Shown: piece after piece, positions 37,446 through 50,188 of the stretch
Position numbering within the stretch: position 1 is the first letter of the stretch
How the letters are laid out: each line of letters begins with the position of its first letter
NCBI GenBank assembly: GCA_958009085.1
Contig: OY253671.1
Location: forward strand, 1,116,001-1,180,000
From: Protoeuglena noctilucae
Lineage: Eukaryota
DNA: 64,000 nt
Direction: 5' to 3'
The notes under the pieces: model-generated
What the model was told of the DNA's origin: nothing
The model's database searches: none
The model's input: the letters and a program-made list of their open reading frames with translations, nothing else
Translations under genes and position numbers: made by a program

Positions 37446-38475
37446 TCATGGCAGCCCCAGGGGCTCCACGAGAACTCTGCCCGGCTTTCGCTGAGAATGC
37501 TTCAGGTACAGGATGGTGGCGAGGGGTGTCCCGAAATCCCGCTCGTCCGTCGTGGCCAGGGGCGCCAGGTCCGGGTGCACCAGGCGCCGGAGCCACGCCG
37601 GGTCACTCAGGTCAAGGCACGCCAGGCGTCCGGCGCCGTCCGTGGGTGCGCGCGAGAGGAGGAAGGTCCGTTGCGCCATACCTACGGGGTCGTAGAGGAC
37701 ATCGCTACCCCTCTGGCATCGCCCCAAGCACACCGGAAAGCACTCGGGGTCGAACTGAGGATACTCCTTGGCGTGCATGACCAGTCCCAAAGCGCCGGTC
37801 TCGCTGCTGTACACGAGGTGAGCGTGCCACAAGTCGAAGCGCGTCAGTTGCACCGGCGCAAGGCCGGCGCGGGTCGAACCCACCGGCACAGCCTCGAACG
37901 CGCGCCCGAGGCCCCGTGACAGCCGCCGGCACTGGAACCTCCACGCCCACCGTGCATTGGCCAGCCAGCATCCCTGATGGGCCGCCCCCTGAACGTCCGG
38001 GGCCACCGCCCGCCTGGGAGCCAAGAGAAGGGACCAGGCTGATGGTCCATGCGTCCCCGGGTTCCACCCAACTGCGTGATCGCCAGAGAACGGTCACCTG
38101 GGGCTGAGGTGGAGCCGGAGGGTGCGCTTCAGCCGGTCGGGTGAGGCAGACAAGGCGGCTTCGAGGGCGGCCCAAGAGGGAGGGAGGCGGACGACGCCAA
38201 GCCTAACGAGGGGAGGCTCGCTGGAGTCGCTTTGGAGAGCCTTCAGCAGGCTCCGCCCCGTCTCGCGTCGCTCAGGGTCTGGGACGGGGTCGTAGAAACT
38301 CCACTGCCCTGCAACGCGCGAGCGGGCAGATGTCTCCGCCAGACGCTGGCCCAGACCAGCCTTCTGAGCAGACAAACTCACCAGCAGCCCAGGGGGACTT
38401 TGCGCAGGACACTCTCGTGCCCCGCCGCGGGAGATGGAGATGGCAGAGCGCGCCCTGGTAGCCAGCGGCTGGCAT
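37446..38475 (-). CDS. Uncharacterised green-lineage-type protein, probably plastid-targeted
   Basis: Transit-peptide-like first exon (MPAAGYQGALCHLHLPRRGTRVSCA) splices in phase to QWSFYDP. Conserved-looking core FDLWHAHL..LGLVMHAKEYPQFDPECFPVCLGRCQRGS..DFG. Confidence 0.65.
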
Positions 38476-38694
38476 CGCGCACGCGACTCGCTGACCCCAT
38501 TAACTCGTCGCCTCCTCCGCGAACGAGCCTAGTTAGCGAACTTGCTTCTGCTGGCGGGTAGGGTCTCGAGGGTTTCCTCCCCAATTCGCCCTCTCCTGGA
38601 ACCCTCACCGGCACACGAGGACGCATTCGTTCACATTCCATCGCGCGGGATCGACTGCGAGGCCAGATGTGACGCATCCGCGGCTCCTGGCACC

Positions 38695-41600
38695 ATGGTG
38701 CACCTCACGCCCTCTCGGACGGAGCTGGCCACGCTCCAGCTAGCCGACGAGCCGGTGGTCATCGGCAGGAACAAGACAACCAAGCTCGCAGACCCGTCCG
38801 TGTCGCGGGAAGTGGCGAAAGCACGCGCGACGGGACCGAACGAGGCGGTGATCGAGGTCCTCGTGGGGAAGCGCGTATGGATCGTAAAGGATAGCTCCAA
38901 CGCGACGCAAGGGTGAGGACCTAACTGTCGATTCCCGCGTGCCAGTCTGCTAGTCCCTGGCTAGGTACCCTAGGACCTTTGCTACCGCCCCGCCCGAGTG
39001 GCGCCCACAACTGCATGCATCCCGCTTGCCACCGCAGTGCACAGGTCCTCGTCGGACCCACCTCCGCTCCCCTCAAGCTAGGGGACCGCATCTTCCTCAA
39101 AGACCCTGGGGATCAAGGACTGGCAGCCCTCCACTACCTCGTGGGCGGTGACGAGCCTGGGCCGGTGGCCAAGCGGCGCCGGGAGACAGGCCCGGCCCCT
39201 CCCAGTCCCCGCCAGTCGCTGTGCCAGCTGTCGGACGCCCGCGTCGTGTTCCCTGCCATCCTCCGTCCCTTGCAACCGCAAGAGAAGCGGGTGCGCGAGG
39301 CCGGCGCCGCCACGTGCCCTCTCAAGGACTGCGACTTGACTCGGGAGGGCCCTGGTGGCATAGGGACGGTGGCGGACTGGGCCACCCATGTCGTCTGCAT
39401 GACGGGGGTCATCCGGGAGCTGCAAGCGCGGCGGATGATCGAGGCGACCTGGGCGGCGCGGCGGCCGGTGGAGATGGCGCCGTTTGAGTTGGAGCGGGGC
39501 CTCGAGCTCGACAAGACGCGCCCGCCTCTGTGCTTCGTCAGGCGAGGGCGCATGCTTGCCACCGTCTGCCCACCCCGCGTGCCGCCATCTATGGGCCATG
39601 GATGGCGTCATGCGTCTCGTGTGCTGCAGCGAGGGGTACTTCCCCCAGTGCTTCGCCGAGTCTCGCCTCGTCAGCGTGAAACGCGCTTACCTGGCGCCCG
39701 CCGTGGCCTCGGCCCTGGATGCGATGCGCCGGGAGCGCGCCAGCCGCACCCCGTCCCCATCCCCGTCTCTGCGTGCCACGCCGGAGAGGATCCCTGCGGG
39801 CCCGGCAGGGGTGGTGGGCCCGTCGAACGGAGCGGGCATGTCGGCCCCTCCACCCGCGCACGCCCCGAGCACAGCCGGGCCATCAGAGGCGCAACTGCCG
39901 GCAGTGCCATCGCCAGCACTGCCGTCGCCAGCGGTGCCCCCGGCGGTGTCGTCAGGCCAGGTAGGCACGCGTACACCGACAGCTGAGGGACAGAGAGGAG
40001 ATCCCTGCCAGGCCGAGGCCGCGCCAGGTCCCGTGCCGGAGGAGCAGAGAAGTGCGGCCAGGCAGCTGGATGAGTTCGGGTTCCTCGCCTTGCCAGAGCC
40101 CCAGTGGACCGTGGAGTCCGCCAGGGAGGTGAGTCTGCTAGGAGGGCTTTATTGGGAGGGCCTCGGTCTATATGCTGACTTGTAGAAGCAAGCACAAACA
40201 TTTCTGGTGCGTTATGGGCCATTGCAGACCATGAAGAGGATTGAGGAGAACTACTTCTGGGGCAACCGTGTACGCAAGATAGAGCGCGGTGCCAGGCGGA
40301 GTGGTGGGAAGCCGGAGGGTGGAGGCGGGGGTGAGAAGCTGCGGGAGGGGGCGGGAGAAGCGCGGGTGGGTGGCGAGGGGGACGGTGGGCCCGGGGGCGA
40401 GGCGGGAGCGGTGACGGGTGGGGAGGGAGGCGATGGACAGGGTGGGGGGCGTGAAGGGGATGGGGCTGAGGGCGAGGGGGGTGCTTTGAGCGCGGACGAG
40501 GATGCCTGGGTGCAACGGCCAGGCGATGATCCCCCTGTGAGTCCCGAGGGAGAGGGGCGGCCGTGCCACCACGCGGCCTGCCAGCTGGCGTCGGTGTGCC
40601 TCATTACGCCCTTCTTCGAGCTGGTGAGCCAGGGGTTGAGGGGTAGGAGCACCCTTGCGTGTCGTTGGGTGGCTCACTTGCACTGTGGTGGTTCACCACG
40701 TGGTGCTGCATGGACGGTGCACGGAGCGGATGGCATGTGACGGTGCATCGTGTGCGCAGAAGGACCTCTACCCGGACGCCCGCACCTCTGTGAACAAGTA
40801 CAAGAAGGGCAGCGCGGTCCGTGCCACGCGGACGCTGCTGAAGCTCACCAAGCCGCTCCGGGGCCGGGAGGACGTGGAGAATCTGAGATTGGGCCAGAAG
40901 ACCACCGAGAAGGCGAGGACAGCGGCGTCGTGTGATGCTTTTGTCCGGCTGCGGGGCGTCGTGCGCAGTTACAGCACGGCTTGGTGCACGGGCAGCTGTC
41001 AAGCTCGGCTGAACTGCAGCTAGCTCCTGCGCTCGTTCCGATTCTGATGCAGCTAATTGAGGTGCTGGAGACGGGGCACATGACGCGGCTGGAGCAGCTG
41101 CGGCAGAAAGGCGCACCGCAGGGCGGCCAGGGCAGGGTCAGTCCCAGGGCTGAGGTGTGGGGCTTCGGGGAGAAGGCGGCACAGCAGCTGCGAGAGGGGC
41201 ATGGCGAGGTGAGGCTTCGGTGACAGATGGCCATCTGGCGGGTACGCGTGCTGTGGATGGCGGGACACGCTTGCGCTTGTGGCTGCAGGGCGTGGAGGCC
41301 GAGCACCTGTCTGCCGTGCAGCGGCTTGGCCTTCGGTACCGCCACGACATTGCCGCCCGGCTGCCCCGGCAGAAGGTGGCAACCATCGAGCGCGTGGTGA
41401 GTGAAGCCATCTTGAGCACTGCACTTTGCGGGGTCTCTGTTGGTCTCTGCGGGGCTGCGAGATGGCAGGTGCTTTGTTCGTGACCTTGGCTGTAGCTGAA
41501 GCGCGAGCTGAGCGGGCTGATGGGGCCGGACGAGGCGGGCGAGACGCACGTCGTCACCGGCGGCAGCTACAGGCGCGGGCAAGAGTCCTGCCACGACGTG

Positions 41601-42519
41601 GACTGCCTGGTGCTGATGGGGCTGGAGCCCAAGGCGATGGCCGAGCTGATGGAGGCCCTGCTGCACCGACTCGTCGACGTCGGTCTCCTGACGGAGGACT
41701 CCAACATCGAGGAGCGATGCGCGGCCATCCGGAGCAAGGTCCTCAAGACGCCAGAGCGTGAGTGAGCGTGGCGTGCCGAAGAAGCCCATGACTGTGGCGC
41801 GGTCATCTACGGTAGCACCCAGGTTCGTCCTCTGCCCTCCATGGCAGTTGCCACGCCCCCGCCCCCGCTCCTCGGTCTCGCAGACGCCCACGAGTACCAT
41901 TTCTCCTTCATGGGCATCTGCCGCGTCCCCTCGGACGACCTCTCCATCGACCGGACAGCCGCCCCGGCCAGCGAGCCGCTCCCGCCGGCCGCCGAGCCCA
42001 GGTTCGGGCGCATCGACATCAAGTTCTTCCCGCGGAGCAACGGGGCCGCGGGCCTCCTTTATTTCACCGGCAGTACAAGCTTCAACATCGCCCTGCGCCA
42101 CTGGACCTACAAGCGCATGCGCGAGAAGGCTGCTGCCGAGCACGCACCCGCCAACGCGTACAGACTGACGAACGGAGTCGTCTACCCCGTCTACATCGCC
42201 AAGAGCGGTCCATGGTGCGCGAGCAGGGACCCCGCTAGTGCGGCGCGGCTGCTGCTGGTGGCCTGCGTGAGATCAGCCGAGGGTGCCAACCCGTGGCGCG
42301 TGCAGGTCTCGCCGATGGAACGACGCGACGATCGTGGGCCCGCCCATCCCCGGCCTCGAGTATGAGGACGACATCTTTCGGTTCTTTGGCCTCACGTACG
42401 TGCCGCCCCACATGCGGTACATCTCCAGCGAAGTTCCCGACGTGCCCGCTGCCGGCGCCGGCGCAAGCCCCGTCGCGCGACAGAGGCCGCGTCGCGTGGA
42501 GGAGACTGGGGGAGCATGA
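38695..42519 (+). CDS. X-family DNA polymerase (Pol lambda-like) with N-terminal FHA and BRCT domains
   Basis: FHA (PVVIGRNKTTKLADPSVSR), BRCT (WATHVVC...FVSEGYFPQCF), 8-kDa lyase/HhH (LGQKTTEKLIEVLETG, VWGFGEKAAQQL), GLRYRHDI, GGSYRRGQESCHDVDCLV, RIDIK, LLYFTGSTSFN and EDDIFRFFGLTYVPPHMR. Confidence 0.92.
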
Positions 42520-42941
42520 GCAGCATTCGTCACACTCGCTCGTGGCCGTGGCGCAGCGCAGCACGTGCTGTGCCCACCATGCCCATGTTAGGCCTCTGCT
42601 CCGCATTTGGCGCTTTGGATTCATGCAGCCCCAATGGCTGCATAGTTCAGCAATTGCTGGGTAAGCATTTCTCAGCACAGCGCGCAGCGTGGCTCTGGCG
42701 AGCGCCAGTCTGCCTGTCCCGGACCATTTTCCCCTCGATCCCAGCCGCCCCTCTGCAAGTTAGGATCTACTGCAGTGCCCCAAGTGCGCAAACCGTGTGA
42801 AATCGGTCGAAGCTCGTCCATCTGGCGGCGTCCTCTCACCAGGCTGCACGGCACGTGGACCGGGGTTGGCGGCGGGGAGTCCGATTGATTGGTGATAGCC
42901 AGGAGCTCCCGGGGGGGGCAGGGAGCCGGGGCGGCGACAGG

Positions 42942-45120
42942 ATGGAGTACGACCTGAGCTCGGTCGTGGCCAAGTTCCTCGACCCGCATCTGTCGCTCCC
43001 GATCGTGGGTTTCCACCAGGTGCGGCAGGAGCGCTCGCCTGGGCGGCCGGGGATGCCTGCAAAGCGCGGCGCGAGTCGAGCAACCCCGGGGGCCCCGCAG
43101 GAGCGCGGGCTGCTGAGCAAGGATGAGTCTCTGAAGCTCCAGAGCAGCATTTTGGACAAGACGAAGCTGGTGGATTACCATTCCGACGTCGTGAAGGCGA
43201 TGGGCGGGGGCGCGGAGAAGCTCAAGCAACTCGAGGCCCAGAGGTGGGTGGAGGCGCCGGTGGCCGCGGTCTTGCCCGCTGTCGTGCTCCGGGGCTTGTA
43301 GGGATCGCGGGGCCATCCGCTCGCGGGAGGATGGGGCCCGCCGGGGCTGGGGAGTGAGGCGGCTGCCGCCGCCTGGGTTCGCAGGAACGCCGTCATCGAG
43401 GAGTACAAGCAGCTGGAGGACTTCGCACGGCCGATGATCGAGCTGGTGAACAACAAGGACCTGGTGGGCAAGCTGCGGCGGGACAAGGCGTTTAACGTGC
43501 AGTTCCTCGAGGAGATGTTCGGGATCCAGGAGCAGCAGAACGCGGCCCTCTACCGCTTCGCGAAGCTCCTATACGAGACGGGGTCGTACGAGAGGGCATC
43601 GACGCTGGTGAGACCCCGCAGTGGCTCAGGGATCTCGCCGGTGGTGCCCGGGTGCGCTGGTGAAGGATCGAAGGCGGGCCGACCGCGGCCGCCGCCCGCC
43701 CGCCCGCGCAGATGGAGTCGTACGCGCTCTTGTCGCCGGACAACGCGGGGGTGCTGGCGTCGCACTGGGGCCGGTTCGCGGCGTCCATCCTGCAGGCGGG
43801 GGCCGACCAGCAGTGGCAGCACGCCCACACGGCCATGATGGCGCTGAAGGACGTCATCGACACGAACAAGCTCAACGTGTCGCCGATGAACCTCGTCCAT
43901 CAGCGCGCCTGGCTCATGCACTGGGGCCTCTTCATCTTCTTCAACCACCCCTCGGGTGCGCCTCGCTCCTTGGAACACCAAGCGCTTGTGCCCTTGAGTT
44001 GCCCAACAGCTCTCGCCGCCCCGTGCCCTGAACCGTCTCCTCGCTCCTTCTCGCAGGTCGCTCGTTACTCGTCGACCTCTTCATGCAGGATGCATACCTC
44101 AACGCCCTCCAGACCCTCGCCCCCCACCTCCTGCGCTACTTCGCCGTCTCTGTCCTCGCAAACAGGCGAGTCCACGTCATTGCTTAACATCTGCTTGCGC
44201 TTGCGGCCGCCCTCGCGCGCCCTGCGCCTCGCCACGCGCGCTGCGCCACCATGCGTCCACACGGCGTAGTCAATGCGAGCCCTGGCCCCCACTGCGTTGC
44301 AGGGACCGCCGGTCTGCGATGAAGGAGCTGATCCGCACGCTGAAGCAGGAGACGTACCAGTACCGCGACCCCATCACCGAGTTCGTGCTGTGCTTATACT
44401 CCGAGTACAACTTCGACCGTGCCCACGAGATGCTCGTGCGGTGCCAGGAGGTCATGGAGCGGGACTACTTCCTCTGCCACTGGCGCGACTCGTTCGTGCA
44501 GAACGCCCGGCAGGTCATCTTCGAGATGTACTGCCGCCTGCACTCGGCCATCGACATTCGGGTGCGTGGCTGCCCGCGCCATGACCTGCTGTGCTCTGCC
44601 CCGCCGCGCTCGCCCGTCCCCGACGGCGACATCGAAGTCGGACACCCCCGCAGTCTCTGGCGGACAAGCTGAGCATGGAGCACGATGATGCGGAGAAGTG
44701 GATCGTGGACCTGGTCTCCTCAGCCAACCTCAACGCCAAGATCGACTCGGCGGCGGGGACGGTCGTCATGGGCCCGCAGCACAAGTCGGCCGTGGACATG
44801 ATGATGGACAGCGCACGCAACCTGACGGTCAGGTGACACAGCAGGGCAGGGTGGCGTGCGCAGCGACGCTGTGCCTGCGGGCTCGTATGCCCGCTTGGAC
44901 CCAAGGCTGGGGGGTGATGACATCTTCCGCCGTTTCCGATTAATTATCTGTGACGACTACTTTTACACCAGACTTGCCTGACCCCAGCCGACCCTCTTGC
45001 TTGCACCACACGCGGCACGCAAACGTGCTGCAGCCCGACTCGGAATGTGCTTTTGTGCCTCGCAGAACCTACAATGTCGCGGACCAGATCCTCGCGTCGC
45101 TGGAGAGCAACGTTGTCTAA
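42942..45120 (+). CDS. EIF3E: Eukaryotic translation initiation factor 3 subunit E
   Basis: MEYDLSSVVAKFLDPHL, LYRFAKLLYETGSY, HQRAWLMHWGLFIFFNH, YLNALQTLAPHLLRY, QETYQYRDPITEFV and AEKWIVDLVSSANLNAKID. Last exon RTYNVADQ...NVV* ends at 45120. Confidence 0.97.
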
Positions 45121-45336
45121 GGGGCTGGCCGCACGCCGGGTTGAAGCATGAACACGAGCAGTGCATGACGGATAAGCTTAATCAGGACAAAGCACTGCTA
45201 CTGTACAGAACGCATCGCCGCAGCGCGCGGTCCCACAAGCTCGCATGCGCATGCGGCTGGCACGTTGTCACGCACGCTTCTCTGCTTCAAATGCCCTCCG
45301 CACGCAAAGACCACGGCATTCTAATGCCCTGGCATT

Positions 45337-48300
45337 CTACCGCCCCTTCTCCGTGCTGACCTGCATCAGCAGGCTGCGCAGGTCGAGCTTGACTTGCCCC
45401 TTGAGCAACTCAGCGAGGGCCTCCACCCCAGCATCGAACCGCTGGTACAGCTGCGACAGGGCCCGGCTTGACTCCACCATGAGGTCGATCGACTGCTGGA
45501 GCTGCACCAGGTTGGCCTGCGAGGGGAGCGGGGCACAAGGCGGTGCACTCGATGTGCGGGGACATGGTACTACTGTCTGTTGTAGACCCTTTAAGGGTCT
45601 GTACACGGTGTGTGATACAAACGGTGCACATGTTGCACCGTTCCGTCGCCCGCGGTGCCTCACCTGCACCTCCTGGTCTAGTGTCTCGGCCAAGGCGCCT
45701 TCTGCATCGGCCTGCTGCGCCTTCAGGACCTGGAGGTGGGCCAGGCGCCCTGCCATGGGCTCCAAGTTGCAGACGGAGGCCGCGAAAACCAGGGCGGCTT
45801 CCAGGAGGGTGTCCACGCGCGACATGATGGGTCGGGCGTCCTCCAGGAGCATCATGCGCGAGAGCAGGGCCGACAGCCACGCCTCGTGGGCCGCTGCGGG
45901 TGGGGAGGCGGTGGGAGTGGGCAAGGCAACAATGAGGGTGATGAAAAGGATTGGCCCGATCCGGGCTCTCCACAGATCCAGAGCAGTGCGGGCCTCACCA
46001 ATGATGCCCTGGAGGTCCTTGGCCGCTTCCACCTTGGCCAGCAGCTCGTACCACTGCGGGGCAGGGGACGGCGACAACAGCAGTCCTCGCATAGATGTCT
46101 GTGGGGTGAGAAGCACAGCCACCTCATGGATGCCTTACAGAAGCAGCAGCGGCAGTCCCCCCACGTACCTCGACCTCGATGACGTCGAACATCATGTACC
46201 CGAGGAGGCCCGAGACGAGTGCCGCCATGCGCGAGCGGATGAGGGTCGCCTGCTGCACCAGGGCCCCGTACCGACGCGTGAACTGAACCTCGGGGTCCGG
46301 GTCGCCGTCGTGGGCGCGGCGCGTCCTCGAGGACCGCAGAACGGCGTCGTTGGGCTTGAGGCCGCGCCAGGCCGCCCCCAGCGCCGCCTCGACCCGCTTG
46401 AGCTTCAGGAGCAGGGCCGACGCCCTCGCGTATTTGGCCATGCACTCGGGGGTGAGGACGGTCGACACGGGCGGCGAGACGCGGTACTGCAGGCGCACGC
46501 ACTCCCACCCGCTGGCGCCGTCGGCCGGCGCGAGGCTCACGCGCACGCACGACTGCACGAGCGCCTCGTCGGCCGACGCCGCCCCGGACGCCGACGCCGA
46601 CGCCTGCAGGGCGTAGTTGATGGCCCGCTGTAGCTGCATCTCCGAGATTTCCTTGGATGGCAGCGCCAGGTCCGGGCCCATGCCCTCCACGAGGTGCCCG
46701 GCGAAGTCGCTCTGCCCCAGCAGGAGGTAGCTCCGGACGCCCGCCAGGTGCCGCTCGAGTCGGAACTCCCCCAGCATCACGCGTTTCAGTCGCGCGTCCA
46801 GTCGCGACGCCACCTCCTCCACCAGCGACGCCATGGCTCGACCGGGGGCGCCTTCCTCCCCACCGTCCTGGGAGAGACGCGGGAGAGCGATGCATGAACA
46901 TCACGCTAACCTTCCCAAGCCCCACGCATGTCACGCCAGCCTCTCCAAGGCCCCTTCCTCGGCAGTGGCCATTCTTATTGCAGTTGCCTGTCGAAGCCCG
47001 CTCCCAGGCATGCCCCATGTGTCGGCAGCATCGCATTAATCCCTCACCTGCCGCTCCTCCCGTGTGACCAGCGCCTCCATGGCCTCCTGGAGGTCCCTGG
47101 CATCGTCGTCCCCGGCCCAGCCGTCGTCGCCGCAGCACGATCGCAGGAAGGTCACCGTCTTGCCCGCCCGGAGCACTGCCGCCGCCGTCCCGTCCGAAAC
47201 CAGCGGCGGGAGCATCTCGGGGACCAGGGCAAACCCGGACCGCCACAGGTCGAAGTCGCCGTCGTCGTCCCGGCCCTTCCGCCCCTCCCGCACAAAGAAC
47301 TCCCCGTGCGGGTCCTGCAGGGCGCCCCGGCAGCAAAAGGCCACCAGAGTCTCCCACATGGGACGTGCCACACGCCGCAGAGACTCCAGAACCAAGGCCC
47401 TTGCGGAGGGGTCGCCTTGCTTGCCCAGCGCCCCCAGGCGCTGCAGCAGGGCGCCGCCCTTGGACGTCGTCGCCAGGTCCGCCATCACCGCGAACAGTTT
47501 CATGCGCTGTGCCTGGTCGGACAGCCACACGGACAGCCGGCGCTGCAGGGGTGGACCGAGGGCGATGGTGGGCTCGTGGGGTATCGACCCGGCTGATGGG
47601 TCCACGCAAGAAAACTTCCCGATTCTTCGGACCAACTCGGCGCCTCGCCACATGCTACGCGCTACGTGCTGCGAGCACAGCAGCAGCTCACCAGCGTCAT
47701 GGCCGAGGGATGTCCTGCACCGTCCGCATTGGCGTCGCGTTCTGCGAGCGTGGCCTGCTCCTGGAGCACCGCGAGCATCCGGTAGTGCTCCGAGATTTCG
47801 TGCTGCAGCACGTCCTTGAGGGCACGCTGGGCCGACCCCGTGAGGCGAGCGTCTGAGAGGAAGTCCAGCACGCGCCGGAACAGCCAGCCCAGCTCGCCCA
47901 CGCTCTCCACGAGCGCCGCGGCGGGCGGAGAGACCCCCGGCGCGGGGACGCCCCGCAAGGCGTACCCCTCGCCCCCGGCACCAGCGGCGCGGCGCTGGCG
48001 GCAGACGAGCCGCCCGTCCACGCCCTGCCCCGCGAGGATGAGGTCGCGGACCAGCTGCCCCTCGATGCGCGCGAGGGCCGTCGACGCCTGGGCCTCGGCG
48101 ACCGCGTCGCGTGCTGCCCCCGCCACGTCGAGGGTGCGGGAGGGGCGGGGCGCCGCCAGCGCGCCTGCCTGGGCCCTGCGGGCGTGGACGCACCGGGTAC
48201 CGCGTGTTGATGCGCGATAGTCATATCGCACCGCTGGTGGGCGCCCGCTACGCCAACAGAGCTCAAGCCTCAGTCTGTCTCACCTGTTGTTGTGGACGTC

Positions 48301-49198
48301 GTGGCGCATGGAAAGGCCCGCTGGGGAGTCCGAGAGGCCTAACGCGGAGGCGTTGGCCGCTGACTTGGTGAACACCCGCGACGCACTGAGAGAGTCCCCG
48401 GCATGGGCACGCTGCGAGGGGCGAGGAGGCCGGATGTGTCGCGAGGGATGTGCCTGGTGCCATGCACGCTGGGTGCAAGCAGCAGGCCAGAAGCGGTGAA
48501 GGGCGGGCTGAGATGATGAGGCAAGCGGAACATCTCGAGGCTTGCCTGTTCGGTCAGGGAGAAGCTCTGTGAGGCCAGAGACCCAATGCGTGCGGGGGGT
48601 GCCCCAAACCAGGGCTTGCGCAGCGAGTCGGCTGAGGCGCCCATGGGCCCGGAGCCTGGCTTGTCGCCCTCGCGTTCCTGGTCAGCGTCCGCGGCGACGA
48701 GCTGCAGGGTGTGCAGGAGGTCGGCGCGGGCGCGGGGGTCCGGCATGATGCGTGCCAGCTCTTGCCCCAGGTCCAGGACCGCAGCCGCGCCCTCGGCGTC
48801 GGCATCGCGACGCATGCGTTGCGAAACGGACTGCAGGATTTGGTCGTCGGACGGGGAGAGCCCTGCGGCAGAGGACGTGGCACAAGCGGCACAGTGATCG
48901 GGAGCGTGGCGGAGGGCAGGTCATGACATGCGCGCCTGATGCCTGGCTACCTGTCCGGTGCAATGAGCTCCCCAGGATCCTGACGACCAGCTTCAGCGCG
49001 AGCTGCGGGCGGGTGAGGGGCACGGGTTGTCGAGGGGCGTGTTGAGACACGGCCAGGGCAGCCCCTGCGACGCCGACGAAGTGCAGGCGCCATCCACACC
49101 TTTTGCCTCAGCGCAACATGATGCGGATTCGCTCCTTCCGCGTCCACCAGTTGCTCCACGAGCTTCTCCAGCAGCACGACGGTCCCCACGCTCTCCAT
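45337..49198 (-). CDS. GCP3: Gamma-tubulin complex component 3 (GCP3/Spc98); last exon uncertain, may extend to about 45200
   Basis: LVRDLILAGQGVDG, GELGWLFRRV, QHEISEHYRMLAVL, RRLSVW, GALQDPHGEFFV, RSYLLLGQSDFAGHL, GWECVRLQY and YMMFDVIEVEW: GRIP1/GRIP2 motifs closest to GCP3. Confidence 0.88.
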
Positions 49199-50188
49199 CG
49201 CGCCCCTCCCCGTCGCCCTCGCGTTCTCAGACACGCGCGTACGGGAGAGCTCTACAGGTGTGTGATTTGGGCGACGGCAGGTCAATGTCGCGAGCGCCCA
49301 GACCTCCGCGCTCCTCCCCACTGCGGGTCGCGTCGTATTCAAGTGGGGAGCGGAGAAGAGTGGGCCGCCGGGCCCTGCGGCAATCTCCACGGCTGCCTTT
49401 CGTGCCTATGAATGTACTCGCAATGGGTGCCCGCGCGCACTTCGCCCGCGGTCGCCAGCCGGGTCTGCCCTGTGACCGGGCAACTGGCGCCATGGGCAAT
49501 CATGGGCAGTGCGGCTACGCCATCCGCGACAGACGTTTTCATATCTATGCGTTTCGACTAGTGTTGCTTGATCGTCTCTGCACATCCTAGCCCAGCTGTG
49601 GGCCCGCCGGCAACGTGACGTGCGTTGAGGGCGCGCGCCGGGATCCTTGGTTAGGACGTTGTCTAAAGACACCGCCCGCACGACCGCACATCTGCTCCGT
49701 TGCAGGGATTCGCCCAGCACGCGAAGCAGGCTGGCACGCCGAGCACTGAGCGGGAGCCCCCTGCCCGCGCCTTGCGCGGCGCACCATGGCGGGACGCGGG
49801 GGGAACCGGGACTCGTCCCTGACGCAGCATCTGCTGCACATCGACAGGGTTCAAAAGCGGCTCTGCAAAACGGCGCTGGCAGCGCAGGCGAGTTTGCTGT
49901 GCGTCCCGCCCTCATCGCGCCGGACGGAGATGGCTGTATACTGATGGATGCGGCGGGTATCGCGTGGCGGGTGCTCGGTCGACGCTACGCGGAGCCTAGG
50001 CAGACCCTGGGCGGTCACATCGTTAGGGATAGCGATTTGAACGTCCCGACTCCCCTCCTTGATCGCAGTGCGGGTCTTGTCCGAACCGGCACGCAAGTGA
50101 GTGCAGCGGGGGCGCAAAGCGGTGCCCGTTCGCCGCTCGGGCTTGTGGCTTGCCACGAGGCTGTCATGGCGCGAGCCTCCGCCGCGTG

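Noticed and set aside
40300..40500. Purine/G-rich tract as a possible repeat or mobile element
   Set aside because: It is an in-frame Gly/Glu low-complexity linker in the PolX exon.
45852..47651. 599-aa minus-strand ORF
   Set aside because: An Arg/Gly/Pro-rich off-frame shadow of GCP3 exons, caused by high GC and few stop codons.
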